The notes below the pieces were generated by a model. The model did not search any database. It had not been told where the DNA came from and saw only the letters and a list, made by a program, of their open reading frames with translations. Source: Camelus dromedarius (taxonomy: Eukaryota). From it: a DNA stretch of 64,000 bases. A program made the translations under genes and the position numbers. The stretch lies in assembly GCF_036321535.1 (NCBI RefSeq), contig NC_087438.1, positions 14,076,001-14,140,000 on the forward strand, read 5' to 3'. Below are positions 14,115 through 27,225 of the stretch, piece by piece (the stretch's first letter is position 1; every line of letters starts with the position of its first letter).

Positions 14115-15035
14115 GAATTTAATGTACAGCATGGTGACTATAGTTAATATTGTATTTCACATTTGAAACTTGCTAAGTGAGTAGGTCTTAGACGTTCTCA
14201 TCACAAGAAAAAAAATTGCAACTGTGTGCTGGGAAACAAGCTGCTGGAAAACAAGCCGCTGGGAAATGAACAGCTGGAAAACAAGCCGCACCTAAATTTC
14301 CATGAATTTAAAATACTATATTCACACTTGCTTGCTTCAAATGCACATGCTTACTTTGTTTTAATGTTTTACACACTAGATGACCTACAGCACGTATTAT
14401 GCTAAAGAAAATTTGTGGTGAGCAATCCTGAGATTGACCATAAGGGCATGAAGGAGGGCAGATATTTCCTTAGGGTGAAACAATGGAGGGTCCTGGAAAG
14501 CCAGATCATTCATTAACAGAACTTTGTTCTGGCATGAAAGCCTGCCCTTAAACCCAGGGGAGATATTTGCTATCTCGAGATGTCCCGGAGGCAATAACAG
14601 GATTGATTTAGAATTTCTGCATACCCTGAGGAGGGCGAGTGTTCCTGGAAGGGAAAGGCCTGAAATTAATCAGTTAACCAGCAAGCAGAACTTGAGGCTT
14701 ATCGCATTGAACATCTAAAGCCCCACCTCTTTGATCTCAATTTTTCTGAGCTGTATACTTCTAATAAATATGATGTTGACCAGCTTTCAGGACTCTGGAT
14801 CCACGAGATCTTGAGTCCCCTGGTCCCATCTTTGCTCTTTACTCTGTCTCTTTGTTTCTTAAGTCTTGTGTCGCCCGTCTTCAGACACGGTCCCAAGCTG
14901 CGTTGGACACAGCAACTGTGTATGGTGACAGATGTTAACCAGACATGTTGTGGTGATCATTTCACAATATATAGAAATATTGAATCTTTATGTTATACAC
15001 TTGAAACTATTATATGTCAATTATACCACAAAATA
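14115..15035 (+). mobile_element. L1MA-like 3' end split by an LTR insertion
   Basis: aatgtacagcatggtgactatagttaat...ttctcatcacaag joins seamlessly to tatggtgacagatgttaac...tatgtcaattatacc once 14227-14920 is removed. Confidence 0.85.
14227..14914 (+). mobile_element. Solo ERV LTR (688 bp) with 6-bp TSD
   Basis: Inverted termini TGCTG...CAGCA; TSD ACTGTG at 14221-14226 and 14915-14920; AATAAA at 14763-14768. Confidence 0.88.
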
Positions 15036-15559
15036 TATATATACATAATTACACACACATATATATGTATATATGTATATATAAATGGTCAGTATATAAA
15101 GAAAAACAACAAAAAAAATACACAGTTTGAATTTGGACAGGTTGCACATTCTTGACCCATTCTTAAAGGTTTATACATTTGGCAATAGGTACCAAAAGCC
15201 ATCAAACCATGTACAGTTCTTGAGCCAGCAAATTTACTTTCACAAAATGACTTACAGAACTGTTGAATAAAACAAAAAATGCTTGCCTCCACTCTAGGAC
15301 ACCACAGCCTTGTCTTTTTTTTAATTTTGAAAATAACCATATGTATTTCCACCTGCCTCTTTCACTTCAGATATTAAAATTGGTTCCTGATCTAACTGGA
15401 ATCCCCAGTCTGTTGTGTTGTTTGTGTCTTAATTTTCTGCCTTCTCTCTAGTTAACAGCCTCAACTGAGTCACTGTACTTTCACTGCAATGTATTAGTTC
15501 TCATCACCCTTTCTTTCACTTCATTAATTTTAAAAAAAAGTAATAACAACACTTTCTAT

Positions 15560-15750
15560 CGACCAAAAGACTTTAAAGCACTTTATCTGAACTAACTCAT
15601 TTAATATTTTAAGCCACCTAAAAGACTGATATTACTACATATTATGAAGATAAATTAATATGAATAAAAAGTTAAATAAGTTGCCAATTATACAGTTAGT
15701 AAATTGTTCATGTATATGAGACATGACTCCTGAATCTACACTCTCAAAAT
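15560..15750 (-). mobile_element. MIR (degenerate)
   Basis: aagcactttatc...taactcatttaat...gttaaataagttgcc...cagttagtaa. Confidence 0.55.
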
Positions 15751-18700
15751 CATTGACACTTGTATCAGGTCCATAATACAATCCTTGCCACATAAGAAGT
15801 ATCAAATGAAAACAAAATTAAACTAAAGTCGGGTTGCAATGTTGGGTATACAGTGAGGTTCATTTCCATATTCTATATAATAATGAATTATTGAAAACAA
15901 ACAAAATGTTGAATAATACGTAACTAGTTAGATAAATTATGGTATATTTGAAAGTGGAATATTATTTAGCAACTAAAACTGCTATTGCATCATTATGCTT
16001 ATTGATGGAAAATTATTATATAAGTTTTCAAATTTAAAAAAGCAAACTAGAAATGATTTGGACAGGAATGACCCTATTTTTCAACACAAATATGTATATA
16101 GGTACATAAAAAGCTCTATAATGGCACAGAAAAATGTTAGTGGAAAATATTTCCAAAACACAGTACAAAAGGTGATTTTAAAATGATTCTTTACTTTTTT
16201 CCTGCATTTTTCAATGCAGTTCCTAAAATGAATATATTTATTAGTTATAAAATGAAAACGAATAACATGTATTTGAAACATTATATCATGACATAACTAA
16301 CATAATCTGATGTAAATACAATGATCTTTTTTCAGTAAAGTTGAGAAACAGTAATAATGAACATTCAGTTCTGTTTTTGTATTTCAAAAAGCAGTGTAAA
16401 ATACAGTGAAGCATGGGATGGACACTTGGCACATTTATAAGTAGAGCACTGCTCTCTCTAAAACATTAGGAACTAGAATGAACTCAGAAGGAAAAAATGC
16501 ATAGCATTTATAGTTGGTCAAAATAGTATATTTTTCGTATAACAACCACCACCACAACAAAAAGAATAAGAAAAAAATCTTTTGGTCCCAGCTATCCATG
16601 GTACACTTTTAAGAATATATTAGTCTAGAAAAATCAATTAAGGAAAACAAAAAGAAAAATCAATAAAGCATGCTAAAAATAATGTACTAAGCCTTCAATT
16701 ATTTCTAAATTCAGATGGCCCTGCTGTTTCCACGTTGATGTAAAAATGTCAACATGACAGACTCCTTAGTATGCACTGAGTGCTTTTCCCAAGTGGCCCA
16801 TATTGCTGTATAATACATTAGTTTACTTTGTATTTGATTTTAGAGAAATTAACTGCTTCACCTACACATTTTGCAGCAAATCTATTAAAGTGAAAGTAAT
16901 GTTATCTGGTTTGTTAATGAGGTTTGGGATTGCTACAACAGTGTTGGTCAACCAGTTCTACAAGACATTGATCTGTATCTCCAATCAATCTCCTTGATTA
17001 TACAGACTAATCCTAAGAAGGAAAAATAGAATAACCTAAAATGAAATTCAAGTGAGGGGAAGAGGACAGCATAGTATAAGCTCCTGTAAGTTCTAAAATA
17101 ACACCCCCACCAATGCTTCTAATATTACACACTTGAACTCTAATTCTCCCATGTGCTCACTGCACTCTGTATAGACCCTTAGCATCTCGCTTAACTATAC
17201 CATGCACATTTAGTAATAGGCTGGCTAAGCTACAGCTAGAACTAACCTTAGAATCTCAGTGGGTTACCATGAGAGAGGTACAGTTCCAGCTCACAAAAAA
17301 CCCGGCTTCTGTGTTGTAGTGGTTGGGAGGACAGACGGGGGTGGATTCTCTTGCAGCTCTGACACGACCTCGGGACTCAGGGCCCTCTGCTGGACCCTCT
17401 GCATCCCACAGGCAAGAGAAGAAAGTGCATTCGCTGGGGATGGGCCATGAATGAATCCCTTCCATTCATATTCCATTTGAGTGAAATAATTATAAATGCG
17501 AGTAGGACTGGGAAAAGTAGGCATGAGGGGGCACCTCTATAGAGGAGAGCAAGAATTTTTGTGGGCAGCTAGCTGTCTCTGGCACAGCCCATTTCACAAA
17601 TCTAAGGTCTTTTCATCTTGGGCAGACCTCCAGAAGAGAAGAGATGTTTTATTTTTGCATATACCAAATAAGGATGGCACATGGCAATGCTTGCAAAATT
17701 TGTTTTCAAGTGAATCTTGGAATGTAAAAGAGTATTATGCTCATTAGTTGTCAAAATTACGGATATCTGTCTGTTACCACTTACTGTGATTTGGGTAAAT
17801 ACCAGTTGAGATCACTGGAAAACATCAGAACACTGCTGAGGGCAGCTTGCTGTTATAAGCTCTCAATAACTCTAGATTTATTCAACAGCAGAATTTTAAT
17901 TATGTTTTGCATGTTATTATCTCACACAGAGACTTACAGTCACATCCAGGGCAATTTTTAAAAATAAATATGCTACACAGTAGTATCTAGAATTAATTGT
18001 CACTAATAAAAATTGACACTAAAAATCTAAATATACAAAAAGCAGTCTTTTTTTCATTTGAGGAATAAATAATGAGAAAAAAAAACATTCTGGGACTGAA
18101 GTAAATTGTATAAATGGAACCACAAGGCTAAATTTTTTTCTCAGTTATTTTTCTCCAGTTTTATCTCTAAATGCATAAGCTCTCAGAATAATTAGAAACA
18201 GCAACAATAAAGGCTAAAACAAAAAATAAAAATGTGTGAAATACTGAAGGAAACAATATTTATAAAATCTAAATTAATAATTTAAAGATAGATTTTTAAA
18301 AGCATATGTGTATAAAATATAAACTATATCTTGAGGCAAATATTTCTGGAATTTTTTTAGTATTCTCTGGAATCTCTGCATAGTAAACAATAGTAAACAA
18401 AGGAAGAACAAATTTAGTTTTTAAGATGGACAAATATCTTGCTTAATAAAAACCTACAGAGTGAAAAGTGCATATTTGTATAAATGTACATTGTGACAAG
18501 TATCATGTTGATAATATATAGTGTTTGATTATAAATTTTACAAAATTAACAAGGCAGGATAACCCAAGAAATAGCAGCCATAGAGTATTATAATTTCTAA
18601 TGATAGAAATAGTTAAAAAATCTAAGGTTGTCAAGAGGAATCTTTGATGTATGAGAAAATTACAGCCTCTGAAAAGTTTAAGGATCAAAAACCACACATT

Positions 18701-20809
18701 ATGTTAATCTCTACTCCTCCACCCACATGTGTTGGCTCTCTGCTATTTTTATTTGTTTTAAAATTTCACTGCAATCTTTTTAGTCCCAATATGGCAAAAT
18801 TGCTGCATCATTTTAACAATGTATGATGCTCTCTGGTTACCCAAGATGCAAAAATGCCAAAATCTTTCTTCAAATATTGACCCTGGAAAGAGCAAAATTC
18901 TAATACATGTATTCCCAGATAACAGGAATAAAACCATATTTTATAAACTATTTCAAATTCATCCTTACAATAAATCTAATATTGTTTTAAAACATTCAGG
19001 TTTTAAATATGAATAAATGATTTTATATATTTAAGAAAATATCATGTATGTCTTCTAAAAGGATACCATTGACCATTATTTTAGTATAGTTGAAAATCAA
19101 AACAATGTATTACATACAAAAATATTGGCATCAATTACTTCTATATATTATATTATTAACATTTAAAATAAAAATATGTGCATTCTATAACACTGTACAT
19201 TAGCACTAATTCATATTTCATTGGTATTTTTATTTTAACAGTAAACTTTCTGCTCTTCTTGTGATTACTATTTAAAAGTGCTTTTCACAAATCCCTGAAC
19301 GATGACACCACTGCATAATGTCGTTGAGTGAAATAAAGCTAAATGTAGTGAGACAAAGCAAAATGAAGGGAATTAAGACCCCGTAACAAAGCCGGAAAGA
19401 CAGAAGTCTGACATGAGGCTTAAAAAAAAATATGGAGGGAGAGAAAGAGAGAGCAAGCAAGTAAAATAGAAAAAAATCAGACAAAAGTTCAAGGCAGAGT
19501 GACAAATTAAATGAATTCAAAGACACCTCTAACAAATGGTCAATGAACAGCAGTAATTTCCATTAAAATTATTTTTAAAAACAACATAAAACAATTATTT
19601 CCCAAGCTATGTCAGGTAAAAATATTTATTTGTATTGGGTGAGCCACCTATTAATATTTACCAGTTTGTGGAATCTCTCTCTTGTTCCCTGTATTTTTGA
19701 ATTTCTACCACTCACTGACTACAATTAACTAATGCCAATCAAAAAAAAAAAAAAAAAACTGTTAGATTGTGCTTATCCATTTGTTTATAAGAAGTATGGA
19801 ATAAGCAGCATAAAAATTGAAACTTTTAGTTATTTTCAAATCCTCGAATATTCTATGTTATTCTCTGAACGCTGAGAACTGGTAACCAAGCAACTGTAGC
19901 AGAGGCTGGAATGTGTGTACTTTGGAGACACACAGACTTTTCAAGAAGGCCACAACTGAGATGACTTGAGATTAAAAGGGAGAATACATTCTTGCAAAAT
20001 ATTTGTTGAGTTTTGTGTCAGTTAATTAATTTACCTCATTAAATTCTCCATGATAAAAATAAAATCTTCATTTCAAGTGCTTAATAAGAAAGGAACTTAA
20101 ATAAATACATGCAAATGGTGGAGTGTATTGTTCTTCAAACGTTTTAATCTAAGAATGTATTCTGGGTATAGTTTCACATTTTCACTTGCCTATGAAATGG
20201 ATGTTGTTAATTTATTGGAATTTATCTCCATTCAGACTTACACTTAGCACCTCTACCTCACTGTTTGCATTGGCTTTAGCAAAACTTATTCTTACTAGAT
20301 TATAAGTTAGTGCTCTGTCACTGACAAGGTTGGTGTTCAGTACTTAAGTGACAAAAGACGTATAATTTTGTACAATCAAAATATCAACATTATGCAATGG
20401 AATAAATTGAGGATCATGTACCTCCTTCAAAGTAGTGACTCTAACTTCCAATATATTGTAGTCACAAGGTAAAATTGTAACTTCTTATTAATGGAAAACT
20501 AAATTCTTTGGAATTGATTTTAAAAATATATTTGTATCTCAGCATTCACTGTGACATTTCCTACTTCCCCAAACTGGGGTTTTAGCTCCCTTTTTCCTGC
20601 TTAGCTGATGATAGAGACTAGCTGTGAACGTGTTAACAAGTTTGCATTCAAGAGTAAGGGCCACCTAAAACTGAGCCGTGTCTGTCATCTTCTCCACCTC
20701 TTTGTACTCAGAGTTTAAGCGTTTAAGGAAGCACCCTGGACTACTCTAACATTAAAACAATATTTTGCCCCCTAATTGCCATAAAGCAATTGCCTTTACA
20801 AGTATTAAT

Positions 20810-21060
20810 CTCTTAGGACTCCAAACCCAGACCATATCTGCAAATGCTGACTATTCTAATTACTGGTGATATAATCTTGGGCCAGTTAGTTAGCTCACTG
20901 TATTTCAATTATTTTATCTATAAATTGAAAATAATAGTACTACCTCCCTTAGAGTGGTGCAATGAGGTGAATATGAGTTGATGCATATACACATTTACAC
21001 TAATGCCTAGCATCAGTGATTACTTAATGAATATTAGATACTGCAATTTTAGTGATTATT
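20810..21060 (+). mobile_element. MIR
   Basis: aatcttgggccagtta...tatctataaattgaaaataatagtactacctc...gaggtgaatatgag. Confidence 0.7.
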
Positions 21061-21239
21061 AATAATATAACACTTATAATTCCAGTTCATTTATGTTACT
21101 CAGTCGTCATTTAAGACACCATATGTTCACTTGGAAGAAGTTTACATCATTCCCTTCTCTTACCTATATATCAATTTTCAGATTCTTAATAGTTGTTCTC
21201 ATCTTTTTACTGTTATCAAAAAAGGTGATACTCATGTTC

Positions 21240-21515
21240 TATGATCCTTTTAAAGTGCTACTGAATTCAGCTGCTAATATTTTGTTGAGGGACTTTGCAT
21301 CCATGTTCATCAGGGCTATTGGACTGTAGCTTTCTTTGCTTGTGGTGTCTCTCTGGTATTGGTGTCAGGTTGATGCTGGCTTTGTAAGAAGAGTTTGGGA
21401 AGCAAGGATGGTTCAACATATGCAAATTAGTGCAAAGCACCACATTAACAGAATGAAGAATAAAAATCACATGATCATCTCAATAGGTGCAGATATAGCA
21501 TTTGACATGATTATA
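21240..21515. mobile_element. L1 ORF2 (RT region) fragment with an internal inversion
   Basis: 21240-21402 is antisense L1 (aatattttgttgagggactttgcatccatgttcatcaggg). 21402-21515 is sense L1 (gcaaggatggttcaacatatgcaaat...cacatgatcatctcaatag). Confidence 0.88.
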
Positions 21516-21849
21516 TAAAATTACCATTATTATTATAACTCTTCTACATATGTAACATACACACCTACCATAAATGTCAACCTCACTGGGCACACTGCAC
21601 TGTTTCGGGTTTCAACTTTATTACAGGGTTTTCACGGGCTGGATATCTGAACAGAATACCCCTGCTATGCTTTGTATCTTCTTTACTCTCCTCCACAAAT
21701 ATCCCTAATTTTTCAAAGAACTAATCTTAAACTTTTCTAGTCACTAAAACAGATGAAACAGTGGAAACCAGTAAGCCTATACTTCAACTCTGGTTCTTCT
21801 GTTTATTAAATGTGTAAATTCTAAAATTTTACTTCCTTCAATTTTCCCC

Positions 21850-22690
21850 TTATTCAATGACTATCTATGCCAATGTTTGGCTATCTGCTGATTATTGGGA
21901 GGTACACGGTGAACAAAAAACATCGCACCTGCACTTAAGGAATTAAGAATCTGTTGGTGAAGCCAGCTAATAATACATGGATAATTAAAATGAAAATTAA
22001 AGCATTCTAATTTGGTAGGTTCTACAAAGGAACAACAGAAGGTGCTATGAGAGGGAGATAAAAAGCAAGTGTAGCTGAGAGAACTAGAAGCACCAATAAA
22101 TGAGGCCAGCACGTGCCACTGAGTCTGTGTTACAGATTTAGAATTTAATCTAAATGCCTTTAGAAGCCACAGACGGATTTTAACCCTAGAATGATGGGAC
22201 CAGGTATTTGTTTATAAAGGATCAATCTGGCTGCTGGAGAGGGAAGAGCTGAGATGGTGCGAGGAGAGTAATGGGACACCAATTAGGAAGCTACCTCAGT
22301 ATTTAAGGTGAGAGAGGATGGCAAAATAAATTAGAGTGGAGTAGGGCGAAATGAAGACAACCAGACAGATGTGAGATCCATTTTCGACGAGGAGCTGACA
22401 GGACTCGCTAACAGACTGGGTTTAGGGAGAGGTGAGTGCGAAAGAGGTGTCAAGAATGATTCTCGGGTGTCCCGCTTCAACACTTGAGTGGCTGGAGGTG
22501 TAATTACTGAAAAGAGGATTCTGCAGGGACACCAGGTAGGAACCAATGTAAGGAGAGAGGCTGAGGTTTTTCTTTCTCAGGTTACTTTTTGAGATGATAG
22601 CAAAGCCTGCAAACATATATATTAGATTGATATTACCTATAGGAGTCTGATACTCAGAGAGGTGTCATTCAGTTAGAAATATAAATCTCT
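21850..22690 (-). mobile_element. L2 fragment
   Basis: Typical reverse-strand L2 text: aaaggatcaatctggctgctg, gagctgacaggactcgctaacagactgg, gtcaagaatgattctc. Confidence 0.75.
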
Positions 22691-25600
22691 TTATCATCAC
22701 CAGTTTCCTCATTTGAAAATGAGGGGGGCACTGTGTGTGGCAGTAAACATTAATACATACAAAATGCCAGACACATGACACTGGACGCAGATATCAGGGT
22801 TGTGAGCCTAACAACACTCCTGCATCTTCAAAAAAAAATGCATATATACACATACACATGCATATGTACATACATACATAAATGCATATAGTTCAACATA
22901 TATTTAGTAGGGATTGAAAGAAAAATACTTCTCTTAAAAGGAGTTGTATGCTTTGTTTTTTATATTCAAAATAAGAAATGTATTACACAAATAATATTTA
23001 TATTGAGGGCAAATGCATTAACTTTCTGGAATTATCTTTCCTTTAACAGCTCTCCCATCACTTGTAACTGGATAAGCTAGTCATTCATACTCATTCAGGA
23101 GAGAGGTAACTTCTAGCAGCATCAGTGAAATCCTGTGGCTGCACATGACAGAATTTCTGTTTCACAGGAACAAAAACACAGTTCCAATCCCAACTGGCTT
23201 CCAGTTACAGGATTTTGAAAGTAATTATCTGACACAGCAGAAGCCAAACAGTGCTCTATTTTTATTTTCTATTTCAAACTCCGAAGGCGAATCAGATTCT
23301 CACCAGAAATGTGACAGAAACAGGAGGGAAAGAAATAGATTTACTTACTCACTCATTTACACGAGCTGAAGCAGAGTCAATACTCTGAAAAATTCAGCAA
23401 GATGCTTCCCACTTTTCCACAGCTCCTGTTCCATCTTCACTTTATTTTGTCGTGTTCTACATCAGACTACTTTTGCAGGAATATTAAGGAATTCAAATGT
23501 AGATATTTCTTTTTAACCACATACGATAGGTCAACAGTAATATGTCAGCCATTATTTGGCTTCTAAATTTTAGTTAATGAGAACTAAAGATAGTTTCCTG
23601 TCACAGACTTTTTAGCAGTATTGTCACTGAACCAAGGCAAGCTGGATCCCAAATGCACAATAAAGGACAACTTTGTTAAATATCTACAGAAAGTCTGACA
23701 ACAGACATTAGCATATAGATTTATATGTAATATTCAAGAACTATACTTTATGTGAACAAACAATTTTTATACTCTTTCTTAGAGATGAACCTGTTATGGT
23801 AGAAATTTCTACTTCAACAGAAAAACAAGTCATGTAGACATATGCACAGAGGCACTTTTGAATGTGTCAGAGATCGGCATGATATTTGCATTTTATTTCA
23901 CTGCTGTTTTGACAGCTTTTATAGCATGGCTTTCAGAAACAATGCAGCCATTTGGTTATCCTAGAGTCTGCTTCTGGGCAATCAATACATAATAATTATT
24001 ATACTTCTACAAAAACTACAGCTACTGCGCCATTCACCATGAAAGAAAATTCCGTGCTTCTGTAATTCTTCACCTACATTCCTACTCATAATTTGCTGGT
24101 TTCTTCTGTAGATAAACCATATAACTTGGGTAAAGCAGAGTTCAGCTAGTGATCTGGGGCTGTTATTTGTGGTAAATAGATTCTACTTGTTTCCGACCTT
24201 GAACCTAAGGCTAAACTAGTCTCTGGTTACTGACATTTCACTAACTTCAAAATAAGTAACATAAGTAAATTATTAAAGAGTTTTATGGAGCTGGGTATAA
24301 TGCGTTACAGGGTGTTTTAAGTCGTTTTACTAATATAATTGGGACTGCCCCAGAGATAAGGTAATCATAAGATTCATCATCAAATGTTCCCTATATTTTA
24401 TTTGGGGAAAGGAATTATAAGCCAGATGTAAACTAGGTCTAACAGGGGTAAACTGCAAGAATGGTTGACTTAGAACAATCCTAGAATAAAATCTTAGCGG
24501 TCTTCACATTGTTGCATTCATTATGCGTTTTCATGATAATAGGAACAAGAAAATTTTTTAAAAAATTATGCATGAAAGTTAATGTTAGGAGGACAAGAGA
24601 ACAAATATAATTTGTCTGTAATTTAGCATTAGAAAAAGAAAAGCGTAAAGCAGATAAAAACCAGGGTATTGATGCTGTATTCCTGAGAGTCAGGAGAAGG
24701 TCTGAGAGAAACGGTTATAGAAGGAGGCTTGATAACACTGACTTGGATATTTTCTGGAAGGAGGTAAAGATTCACTGCAAAATAATCTGAGGAGAAGGAC
24801 TGGAGATACCTCTGCACACGTGGAGACAATCATCTAAAAAGGAAATGATGCATTTGGTAATAAAGTATCCCATGTCGGAAATAAGTTTTAGGATGCTACA
24901 ACTAGAAAAATGGCCCAGGTTCAAACGTTTATCTTCTTGAAAACACTTGAATATGCATGTATGAAAGAACAAAATCTTCTCTCTCAAAATCCAAATAGAT
25001 TATCAAGAAAAATTAAGCCATAACCCAATTAACACTGTTTCATATTAAACAGTAAATGCATTACATCATGACATAGGACTAACCATAACTAAACTAGATT
25101 TAAATTCATATGTTCATGGCATTCATTTTTTAAAGCCATGCATGAAACATGTGGGATAAATTAGTAAGTAAGGCAGTCACACTGATAAATAAGGTAATTC
25201 AGTGTATAAAATGTATGTTAGAAGAGTTCAGAAAAGATGGTGTAGATCCAATTTTCCCATTCCTTCCTCATAAGCAGAATTGTAGACCCTGAAAACGGCA
25301 CTGGGAACAATCACCAGGGAATATATTAGTTGGAGGGTACAAGACACCCTGCTGCTGTCCCATCCTCCAGACCTGGGGTTAGAGAAGTCCCTCTGACAAC
25401 ATTAGGTACACAGACAACTCTGATAAGGGGGTTGCCTGAGAGCACCACTGAGAATAAACAGTCAGTGGAAACAGTGTTCTTTCTCATATAATGTGAGATT
25501 CCCCTTTTCCAGTAAGAGCTACTGAAATAGGGGGCAGAGCTGCTGGAGAGACCCAATACCAGTTAGTCTGGCCAAGGAAGACTCTTTGACTTCATGGTCA

Positions 25601-27190
25601 TGAGATTCTCCACCCCTGAACAAGGACGCCAAGGAAGCGAGAGGTCACTGGGAGGGGAGTTTCACCACACTGCTCCCTTATCAAGAGACACTTAGCAGAC
25701 TGGCCTAGGGGGAACTCATTTGGCCCTTGGAGGAGGGTAATTTGGGATAATTGGGTACCCCACTGATTTCAGATAAACTAAGGAGACTAAAATAATACCA
25801 CAAAGGCACTGAGCATTTACTGCCATTTGAATGGCAGTCCATTAAAGTAATCTGAGACCCACATGCTAAACCTCAACTGGGTGACTGCTTGCTAAAATAG
25901 AATGTATAAATAAAACCCAGAGTCTCCTATAATGGTAGGAAAAAATGTCTAGGAAATCACAAAAAACTCACCCATTATACTAAGAAAGAACCAGGAAAAT
26001 CACAACTTGAAGGGTGAAAGCCAATCAATTGATGCCAACACCAAGATGAATCAATTATTGGAATTACTGGACAAGGATTTTTAAAGCAGCTTTTATAAAA
26101 ATGCTTCAATAGTAAATTCTAATTATCTTGAAACAAATGAAAAAGAGAAAAAAATAGATAATCTCAGCAAAGAAATAAAAGTTATTAAAAATGGCCAAAC
26201 GGAAATGATAGAATTGGAAAACACAATAACAGAAAAAAAAAGTATCACTGTATAGGCTTAATAGTAGAGTGGAGATGACAGAGGATAGAATCAACCAACT
26301 TGAGGACAGAATAAAACTCACCCAGTCTGAGAGAGAAAAAAATGGTCTGGAAAATAATAAACAGGGCTTCAGGGATGCAAGGGACAATAACAAAAGATTC
26401 AATAGATATATTACTAGAATTCTAAGAGGAGAAGTGCAAGGACTGAAGCTGGAAGAATTTTGAAGAAATTATGATGGAAAACCTGCTAGATTTGGTTAAA
26501 AACACAACCAACAGATGCAAAAAGCTGAGAAAACCCCAAACAAGTTAAAGAAATCCATAGTATGATTTATTATAATTAATCTTCTGAAAATTAAAGAAAA
26601 ACTGTTGAAAGCAGCCAGAGAGAAATGATGTACTACCTATAGAGAAAAGCAAAAAACAAAACAAAACAACAACAACAACAACAACAAGAAAACAGTTCAA
26701 ATGGCAGCGGATTTCTCCATTGGAGAAAGTAGGGAGGCTAGAAGGAAGAGGTACAGCGTTTTGCAAGCTTGAAAGAAAAGCACAATCAACTATGAATTCT
26801 ATATTGCAAAAATATCCTTTAAAAATAAAGGAAATAAAAACGTTCTTGGATGAAAACCAAAAGAACCTATTGATAATAGACCTAATCTTATAGATTGGCT
26901 AAAGGAAGTTTTTCAAACGGAAAGGAAATGACAAATTAAATAATATTGAAGCATCAGAAAGGCAGAGTGGTAAGGCCAAAAAAGAGAAATATGAATCAAT
27001 GTAATAGTTATGCTTTTCTTATAAATTTTATAAATCATATTTAAATATTGAAACAAAAATGATAATCCCATCTGACATCCAAGAATATAATATTTTAAAG
27101 CAAGGAAGGCAAAGGGACCAAAATGAAAATGAGGTTTCTGCATTCACTCAAAGAGGTAAAATGTTGACATTAGTAGACTTTTAAAAACCA

Positions 27191-27193
<3 letters not shown>

Positions 27194-27222
<29 letters not shown>
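27194..27222. repeat. (TA)n microsatellite
   Basis: Direct reading of the sequence. Confidence 0.9.

Positions 27223-27225
<3 letters not shown>

Noticed and set aside
14228..14287. CRISPR-like short repeat array
   Set aside because: The units are head-to-tail with no spacers and lie inside an LTR.
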